Positions 1 to 6,940 of a stretch of 20,000 nt of DNA are shown piece by piece. The translations under genes and the position numbers were made by a program. The DNA is from an uncultured virus (IMG/VR IMGVR_UViG_3300021373_001770). Its lineage: Duplodnaviria; Heunggongvirae; Uroviricota; Caudoviricetes. The notes beneath the pieces were generated by a model. That model was not told the origin of the DNA, did not search any database, and saw only the letters and a program-made list of their open reading frames with translations. The DNA is taken from positions 51,497 to 71,496 of the IMG/VR virus record IMGVR_UViG_3300021373_001770. One strand, written 5' to 3'. Position 1 is the first letter of the stretch. Each line of letters starts with the position of its first letter.

Positions 1-1977
1 ATGAAAAAAGATTATAAACTTAAATCTCAATATATTGCAACAGCAGAATTTGTTGACACTGATTATAAGCCGGTTATTGTAGAAACTGTACCTGGTGTAA
101 AAGTTAATGTAGACATAGGTGATCCAATTTATTTTGATGATTGTTCATGGACTATTAGTTATGATCCTAAAGTCAAAGCTTGGATTTCATTTCATGATTG
201 GCACCCTGAATTAGCATTACCAAGTATAAATCATTTCTTTACTACAAAAACAACAACTACTACTATACCTCAATGTCCTCCAGGATATTCTTATAATCCT
301 TCAAATGGTTTGTGTGAAATAGCAATTAATCAAACTGTAGATGCAACTATTACTGTTGATGAAATAACTGAAAATATTGTATCAGGTGGACCAGTTAATT
401 GTTTGGTAGATGTTGTAATTGCAATGGACACTTCTGGTAGTACAAATAATAATAATAGAAGACAAGCACAACTTGCCCTTGTTGCTGCTTTCTTAGCGGA
501 TCCTCAAATAGTAACTTTGATGAATAATGCACAGATGCAGATTGGATTTACAGAATGGGATACTGCATCTACAGCTTTTGATATTCCTAATCCTGCAGGT
601 GGTACTTGGTCTATGAGTAATACAGTTACTAATGCAACGGTACAAAACTGGTATAACTCAATATGGGGTGGTGGTGGCACAAGTGAAATTGTAGGTTTGA
701 ATGGTGCACAAGCATTAATAAATAATAAGGCTGGTTCTCAACTAGGAGATAGAAGTGCTCAACCAAATTTTAGAAATGTTATTTTATTTATAACAGATAC
801 AACAGGTAATCCTGGTGCACAAACTGGACAACCTTTTCAAAGTAGCACTGTAGGTACTGGTACTGGACCAGCTAACCAATTTTTGTATGGTATATATTGT
901 GGTGCTACAAGTGCAGTTCCACCAAGTACAGCAACATTAAATTCAATAACACAAACTACTGGACCAGTTAACGTTGATCCATATCAATTTGGTATAAATG
1001 CTGCTAACCCAGCAACTTTTCAACCTGTTGCAAATGCTATTGCTGGTGCAGTTTGTGGAACAGATTATGAGTGTGAATGTCCTACAGGCTATACATTAGT
1101 TTATCCAGACCCTGTTACTTCATCATATAGTTCTGCTACTGGTACTTGTACAGATGTTCCTGGAGAAGCTCCAATATGTAGAAGAGTTACTTGTGAGTGT
1201 CCACCTGTTGTTGTACCTGGAACAGTAGTTACCGAATTGGGAACTTGTCCAGATAGTGCTCCTGGAATATATGATATTGGTGATCCTAATTGGGTTGACC
1301 CAGATCCAAGACGTTGTAATTTTTATTTTTATGAAAGTACAACAGCTAATTTTGAAGTAGGATCATTTTGGAGACATAATGTAAGATGTGATTTATTTGC
1401 AAATTACTATAATGAAGATTACCCATGGGAAATAGATTTAATATCTAATACCGGTCAGGCGGTAAACACAGTCCGTAGTTTTGAATATCAATTAGAAACT
1501 TATGTTTATAAAGGAGATCCTCAATATAATATGTGTGGTGGAGATAAATGGGAAGATTTAGATTTTAATTTTGATAGAGCAATTGTATATAACAATGATC
1601 AGACTTCTGGATTATTAAATATTAATCAGCAATCTGTAAATGATCCTTGGGGTAACCTAACATATCCAATAATAAATTTTAATAGTATAGATATTTTAGC
1701 ATCTAAAGTTGAACACAAATTTAGATTTAATCAATTTTGGGATATAACAAATGATAGAGGAGAATTTACAAATGTTGAGCAGTCTATATTTGATACGGAA
1801 TGTAATGGATATATAAGACCTTTGAATAGTATAAATTTAAATTATAATAAACCTCCAACACAAAGAAAGAAGTTTAGACATTATTCAAATCAAGTTATAT
1901 TAAGAAGACAGCTTTCAGGAAATAGAAAAATGTTATTAAGATTAAATAATACTAAGTTATTACTATCACAAAGATAA
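1..1977 (+). CDS. Tail stabilisation / muzzle-like protein (P22 gp10-like family in crAss-like phages), C-terminal part, with inserted vWA and Cys-rich domains; probably 5'-partial
   Basis: 658-aa frame open from base 1. The motif SWTISYDPKVKAWISFHDWHP (WISFHDWHP at 181-207), later FWRHN (1366-1380) and a basic C-terminal tail (RKKFRHY...LLLSQR) resemble crAss-like stabilisation proteins as I recall them. The ATG at base 1 is probably internal. Confidence 0.65.
   Translation: MKKDYKLKSQYIATAEFVDTDYKPVIVETVPGVKVNVDIGDPIYFDDCSWTISYDPKVKAWISFHDWHPELALPSINHFFTTKTTTTTIPQCPPGYSYNPSNGLCEIAINQTVDATITVDEITENIVSGGPVNCLVDVVIAMDTSGSTNNNNRRQAQLALVAAFLADPQIVTLMNNAQMQIGFTEWDTASTAFDIPNPAGGTWSMSNTVTNATVQNWYNSIWGGGGTSEIVGLNGAQALINNKAGSQLGDRSAQPNFRNVILFITDTTGNPGAQTGQPFQSSTVGTGTGPANQFLYGIYCGATSAVPPSTATLNSITQTTGPVNVDPYQFGINAANPATFQPVANAIAGAVCGTDYECECPTGYTLVYPDPVTSSYSSATGTCTDVPGEAPICRRVTCECPPVVVPGTVVTELGTCPDSAPGIYDIGDPNWVDPDPRRCNFYFYESTTANFEVGSFWRHNVRCDLFANYYNEDYPWEIDLISNTGQAVNTVRSFEYQLETYVYKGDPQYNMCGGDKWEDLDFNFDRAIVYNNDQTSGLLNINQQSVNDPWGNLTYPIINFNSIDILASKVEHKFRFNQFWDITNDRGEFTNVEQSIFDTECNGYIRPLNSINLNYNKPPTQRKKFRHYSNQVILRRQLSGNRKMLLRLNNTKLLLSQR
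400..1059 (+). other. von Willebrand factor A (vWA) domain with intact MIDAS motif within ORF1
   Basis: DVVIAMDTSGS (DxSxS at 427-441), GGGTS (Thr at 679-681), VILFITD (Asp at 796-798), then LYGIY strand and a closing helix ANAIAGAVC: canonical vWA element order. Confidence 0.85.
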
Positions 1978-3197
1978 TGAAAGAATCATTTGAATATAGC
2001 ACAGTCAGAGGTTTGCCGGGTGGGCCTAATGAAGAAATTACTTATGTAACAGGTGTTTTTTCTATAGAGGGTTATAAAAGAAACTCACCTGATGTAAACA
2101 ATCCTTATAATATTATACCATCAGCAGATATTACTATGAAGGGTGTAGATTTTCCAGTTAGAGGATATGGTAATAATGGCATTGTTCAAGATATGATACC
2201 TGGAAAAGAAAATTATAACTATGGAGATGCAGATTATGTTGTTGAAGTTCCAATGGCTAAAAAAGCACAGGATGGTACAGAAACACAACCTATAGAGCTT
2301 GATGAAGTTGTTGTTAAAGCATATAATTTAAATAATCTAACTGAAGATGAAAGAAAGCTTTATAACATCTTTAGAACAGGTGTAGGAAGATTGCAAATGA
2401 TAGATAACCCTGATTATAATCCAAACTGGAAAGATAACCCATCAGAAAACAGAGGTATGGTAAGAAGAGAAAAAATACCAATGAAAGATGAAGAAGGTAG
2501 ATCAGTGAAAGTAAAAGATTTTGTGCCTAATTTAAAAGTATATAAAAACATTGATGGAGATAATGTTGAATTTGATGTTTCTTTTGAAGATGCTTTACGT
2601 TTATATAGAGAAGCTGGATCACCAACTATATCTAATAAACCAGGTTTGCTGGCAAGATTTATGCCTGAAAAATTTAATATTAATAAAAAAACTGGGGATT
2701 TCAGAGCTCATGCTAATCCTCTTTTAAATAAAATTTATATACCAGAAGGATCAGGTCCAAATTATTTTAAACCTTTTCTTGCTGAAATAGCTCACATACA
2801 TCCAGATTATAATTTTTTACCAACATTATCGGGTACACTAGACAGAATAAAAAGGTCATATCAAGAAAGTGATTTTATAATACCTGGCCCTGGTTTTATA
2901 CCTTTACCTACTAAAATAGCAGATGATAGTAATTATAAAAGCAAAAAAGATTTTGAATATAAAACTCATCAGATAGCAGAAAAAAATATTGCAAATGCTT
3001 ATTTTAAAAGAAAGGAAAAAGGTGGGCAAGTAAAAGAAATGTTTAGTACATATGCAAATTACATTAATGGAAAAGATAAAAGTCAAAATGCTAAAAAAGC
3101 ATTTGATAAACTAAATAGAATCTATTATAAAGATGCTAAAAAAAGTGGGATGGGCGTAGCTAATTTTATTGCTACATATATTATTCCAAATTCTTAA
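1977..3197 (+). CDS. Modular probable virion/cargo protein (406 aa): N-terminal ITMKGVDFPV module, TonB-box-like peptide, degenerate zincin-like domain, C-terminal basic module
   Basis: Start overlaps the ORF1 stop (TAATG). Linkers KAQDG (2262-2276) and KEKGG (3012-3026). ELDEVVVKAY at 2295-2324. AEIAH at 2781-2795 with EYKTH at 2955-2969. Confidence 0.6.
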   Translation: MKESFEYSTVRGLPGGPNEEITYVTGVFSIEGYKRNSPDVNNPYNIIPSADITMKGVDFPVRGYGNNGIVQDMIPGKENYNYGDADYVVEVPMAKKAQDGTETQPIELDEVVVKAYNLNNLTEDERKLYNIFRTGVGRLQMIDNPDYNPNWKDNPSENRGMVRREKIPMKDEEGRSVKVKDFVPNLKVYKNIDGDNVEFDVSFEDALRLYREAGSPTISNKPGLLARFMPEKFNINKKTGDFRAHANPLLNKIYIPEGSGPNYFKPFLAEIAHIHPDYNFLPTLSGTLDRIKRSYQESDFIIPGPGFIPLPTKIADDSNYKSKKDFEYKTHQIAEKNIANAYFKRKEKGGQVKEMFSTYANYINGKDKSQNAKKAFDKLNRIYYKDAKKSGMGVANFIATYIIPNS

Positions 3198-3257
3198 ACC
3201 CTAAAGATTAGTGAATCTCCTTAATTATTTGTATATTAATAATATAATATTAGCAAA
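3198..3257 (+). promoter_or_regulatory. AT-rich intergenic region, candidate phage promoter upstream of ORF3
   Basis: One of only two sizeable intergenic gaps. Contains a short hairpin AGATT-AGTG-AATCT (3205-3218) and TATATTAAT (3232-3240), which also occurs in the other gap (9827-9835). Confidence 0.35.
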
Positions 3258-6200
3258 ATGGATCTAAATAAAATAAGTTTAAAACAACAAGGTGGGGATG
3301 CTATGATTCCAAATGAACCGGGTATGAGAAATGAACCCAAAGTAGATCCTGCTATTCAACAAATTACTGAGTTTTTTGCACAAGCAATTGAGTCAGGTCA
3401 AAGACCTGAAGATGTTGTTATTTCTTTAATGGATAAACAAGTAGATCAAGAAACTATCATTCAAGTTCTTACAGGTATAGGTTATGAACAAAATGACTTA
3501 GAAGTTTTGTTTCAAAACATTCAAGAAAGAACTAACCCTGCACCTCCAACAGATCAACAGATAAATCAAAATCCTGAACAGTTAGCAAGACAACAAAAGA
3601 TACAAGAAGGGCAAGAAGGTTTAAACGTTAATATAGATCCTATTGAAATGGCTAAATCTGGTATTGAAATCAAACCAGAAAATAGAGGTAAGTTTACTAA
3701 GTGGGCTAAAGCACGTGGTATGACTGTTAAGGAAGCATATGCAAAGGTTTTAAAAAATAAAGATAGATACCCCGCATCAGTTGTAAAGATGGCTAATTTT
3801 GCACGTAATGCAGCTGGTTGGAAAAAAGGACAAGAAGGTATTGAAATACCAAGTGAAGCTTTACCTGTACAAGATCCATCTGCTTTGCAAAGAATGCAAA
3901 TTAAACTTCGTGACTTAATAAAAGGAAATGAAAGGGGTGAGGCATCATCTATAACCCCAGAAACTCTATTCTATGGCACAGAAGCAATGGGTGGTATTCC
4001 TGAAGGATATGTAGTAAATCCATTCCAAACAATGGAGTTTAGAGATGTAAATCAAAATGGTATTGAAGATAGGGAGGAAGGCCTATATATAAAAAGAGAT
4101 TTAATACGTGAAGAAGATTTACCTAAAAGTAGAGGTCTAAAAAAAGGCGGGGAGTTTAAACCACATTTAATGTATGATCCAAAGACTGGTAAAGCTTATG
4201 AGGCTAAAGTACCTGCTGACCATGAAAGAATGGCTAAGATGGGATACTTGCATAAAGATGAAATGCAAGGTGGTAAAGCTCAGATGGGTTTTGAAATGTC
4301 TGATTTAGCAGATTTTCTAAAAAGCGTAGAAGGTGATGATCTAAGCCAGTATAAACAAAATTATCAAAATAGTTTTATGGCTGAAGGATATAAACCTAGC
4401 CAAGAGGAGTTTGATAGAATGGATCAATCTACAAAACAAATGTATGCTGAATCTTTTCCTGGTCATTATAAGATATCAGCTGATACACCAACGGCTTTAG
4501 ATTTATACAAGTTAAGATATCAAAATAGTTTTATGATGCCTACACAAACTGATGGGCCTCAATACAAATATGGTGGACCAAAAGGTGAAGAAGCTTATTT
4601 AGCAAGAAGAGATGCTGCAATAAAAGCATCTATGGATAAAGCATATACAGGTAAAGAATTAAATGATGCTATTCAAAAATATGCTAAAAGAGATAATATT
4701 TATATTACAGGTAAGGAGGGTAATGTGATATATGATGGTAGAAGTAATGAATCTCCTGCTGCTAATGGAGTAGTTACAAATCCATTTTATGTAAACCCTT
4801 TAATATTTAGTTCAGGTAAAAGTTTTCAGCCGGGTAGACTTGTAAATGATATTGCTGATTTATATATGGGTGTTATTGGAACAGAAGATAGTCCTGGTAT
4901 AATAGGTTATGGAGGAGCAGAAGCTAACTATTTACAAAATCAAAAAGATAAATATGAAAATGCAACATTTGAATATAAAGCAGATGATTCACCAGAAAAT
5001 ATAGAAGCTATAAAAGCTTACATGAAACAATATGCTTTAGAGAATCCTAATGTAGAAGATGCAATTGCTAATTTACCAAATATTAAAACTAGTGAAAGAA
5101 AAGTAGATAAAGCATTAAACTCATTTACAGATTGGTTTAAAAATGCAGGACAAAATGTAAAACAAGGTGGTCAAGAAACATATGATGCTATTATAGATAT
5201 GATACAAGGTACTAAAGGTACTAGCACAAAAACACCGGGTATAATTCCTGATGGTCAATTTGGTAATGGTGAATTTGGTGATTTTGATGTTATGACAGAA
5301 GATAACCCATATGGTTTACCAAATTGGATGTTTGATTCAAATGTAGATCCTGGTCAAACTAATTATATGGAAGACACAAGGATTGTAGCAGATGCTCAGT
5401 TAGCAAAAAAGTTTCCTGGTTTAGGTGATACACCTTTAGAAGAAGAACAAAATAAACAACGTGAAAATCAACAAAAAGATGCACAATTAACTGCAGATGA
5501 ATTATTTAAAAAAATAGAACCTGGTACTATGGATATAGATACCAATGAAGGATTCTTTGAAAAAGCAGAAAGATTTGGTAATAGCACAGCTCTTAGGCTG
5601 GCTGATCAACTTGCAGATAGTACAGTTAAAATTGTTAGTAACATAACTGACTTTCAAGCTGATGAAGCTGTTGATGATGCACGAGTAGATTTTTATAATA
5701 CTAGAGGTGCAGATTTTGTAGCTCCAGTTGTTACTGATGCTTTATTTAAAAGAGGAAAAGGACCAGATATAAATTCAGGTATTTTTGGTTCTGAGGGAGA
5801 TGCAACTACAGGTTTATATATAACCAAGAAAGGTGGTGAACCTAGTAATGCAGGTTTTCAAGCTTTACCAGATTATGTTCAAGATAAGATAATGAAAAGA
5901 CAAAATGGTGGAGAAGAAATATATAACAATCCTTTTGGTGATCTAAGATCTTTTACAGATGATTTGAATCAATATCAAGATGGAAATGGTGAGATGACAC
6001 GAGATGAATTAATGAGTCAAATAATGGATCTTAGAAGTCAAGTAGAACAAGAAGACTCAAGGATTCAAAATTTCCAAAGTAATATTGACAAGTTATATAG
6101 AGGCTTTTTAACATCTAAAGAAGTGGATGATGAGGAACTAAGAAAAGCCCAACTAGCAGAGATATTAGGTGCTGATTCTTCCATTAATCCTGCTTTATTT

Positions 6201-6938
6201 AATACTGTTGAAGGTGATTATGGGCGTGTTGTAGGATTAGATAGTATTCCAGCAGCAACTTTAAATTGGGGATCTAAATTATATGATAGTGGTGAAGGTT
6301 ATGGGTGTACAAGCTATGGTTGTGGTATATTAAGACAAGCAGGTGCAACAACTGCAGAAGGGAAACCTTTTCCAATTATATCAGGTAATAGTCAACTTAA
6401 TGGTATGATTGAACGCAATCAAGGAGGTTTAGGAATGCAATTAATGGAACCTGGTTTTACTGATTTATTACCAGGTGATAGAGTTGTATCTAATTATAGT
6501 ACTTCAGGTGGATCAGGCGCAGCACATACAATGATATTTACTGGGGATTATGATGAAAATGGCTCTCCAATAATGATGGAAAATTCTGGAGGTAATTGGA
6601 AAACTGGTGTAGACTATAGACCTTTAAGTGAGATTAAACGTAATCTAGATCTTAGTGATCCTGATTCAGGATTAAGAGTAACAAGATATGTAGGTCAAGC
6701 ACCTGAATTACGGACTAAACTAAGAGATTTACAAAAAGAATTAGACAGTAGAAATGTGGCTGATATACCTATTAAAAGTAGACCTATAGCACAGCTTTCA
6801 ACTTTACCTATGGGTGTTGATAATTTAAAAGTTATGCAACCACCTACTTTTCAAAAAAGCGGTGGTGAAACAATAAATGTTGATGCTACAATGTTAGCTA
6901 AATTAATTGCAGCAGGAGCTGATATAGAAATGTTATAA
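3258..6938 (+). CDS. Large modular probable virion cargo protein / putative polyprotein (1226 aa) with a C-terminal NlpC/P60-like Cys-His hydrolase domain
   Basis: Long ORF made of short modules separated by about 12 xQ/KxG(G) motifs. Includes the basic module IKPENRGKFT...ANFARNAAGWKK, the FKPHLMYDPKTG module, and GCTSYG...LLPGD...HTMIF. Confidence 0.65.
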   Translation: MDLNKISLKQQGGDAMIPNEPGMRNEPKVDPAIQQITEFFAQAIESGQRPEDVVISLMDKQVDQETIIQVLTGIGYEQNDLEVLFQNIQERTNPAPPTDQQINQNPEQLARQQKIQEGQEGLNVNIDPIEMAKSGIEIKPENRGKFTKWAKARGMTVKEAYAKVLKNKDRYPASVVKMANFARNAAGWKKGQEGIEIPSEALPVQDPSALQRMQIKLRDLIKGNERGEASSITPETLFYGTEAMGGIPEGYVVNPFQTMEFRDVNQNGIEDREEGLYIKRDLIREEDLPKSRGLKKGGEFKPHLMYDPKTGKAYEAKVPADHERMAKMGYLHKDEMQGGKAQMGFEMSDLADFLKSVEGDDLSQYKQNYQNSFMAEGYKPSQEEFDRMDQSTKQMYAESFPGHYKISADTPTALDLYKLRYQNSFMMPTQTDGPQYKYGGPKGEEAYLARRDAAIKASMDKAYTGKELNDAIQKYAKRDNIYITGKEGNVIYDGRSNESPAANGVVTNPFYVNPLIFSSGKSFQPGRLVNDIADLYMGVIGTEDSPGIIGYGGAEANYLQNQKDKYENATFEYKADDSPENIEAIKAYMKQYALENPNVEDAIANLPNIKTSERKVDKALNSFTDWFKNAGQNVKQGGQETYDAIIDMIQGTKGTSTKTPGIIPDGQFGNGEFGDFDVMTEDNPYGLPNWMFDSNVDPGQTNYMEDTRIVADAQLAKKFPGLGDTPLEEEQNKQRENQQKDAQLTADELFKKIEPGTMDIDTNEGFFEKAERFGNSTALRLADQLADSTVKIVSNITDFQADEAVDDARVDFYNTRGADFVAPVVTDALFKRGKGPDINSGIFGSEGDATTGLYITKKGGEPSNAGFQALPDYVQDKIMKRQNGGEEIYNNPFGDLRSFTDDLNQYQDGNGEMTRDELMSQIMDLRSQVEQEDSRIQNFQSNIDKLYRGFLTSKEVDDEELRKAQLAEILGADSSINPALFNTVEGDYGRVVGLDSIPAATLNWGSKLYDSGEGYGCTSYGCGILRQAGATTAEGKPFPIISGNSQLNGMIERNQGGLGMQLMEPGFTDLLPGDRVVSNYSTSGGSGAAHTMIFTGDYDENGSPIMMENSGGNWKTGVDYRPLSEIKRNLDLSDPDSGLRVTRYVGQAPELRTKLRDLQKELDSRNVADIPIKSRPIAQLSTLPMGVDNLKVMQPPTFQKSGGETINVDATMLAKLIAAGADIEML
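4362..4535 (+). repeat. Exact 18-bp direct repeat TATCAAAATAGTTTTATG (4362-4379 and 4518-4535) encoding YQNSFM twice
   Basis: Read directly: YKQNYQNSFM and YKLRYQNSFM, 52 codons apart and in frame. Confidence 0.85.
6240..6695 (+). other. NlpC/P60 (papain-like) peptidoglycan hydrolase-like domain within ORF3
   Basis: Candidate catalytic Cys in YGCTSYG (6306), LLPGD (6465-6479, compare LxPGD of NlpC/P60), His in AHTMIFTG (6525, compare HVGIY), then IMMENS. Confidence 0.65.
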
Positions 6939-6940
6939 TT

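Noticed and set aside
250..1359. Eukaryotic origin or contamination suggested by vWA + EGF-like Cys repeats
   Set aside because: The region is in frame within an intronless phage-like gene, with similar AT-rich codon usage and translational coupling to the next gene.
3205..3218. Hairpin as a rho-independent terminator
   Set aside because: The stem is only 5 bp and AT-rich with no clean U-tract; too weak to call.
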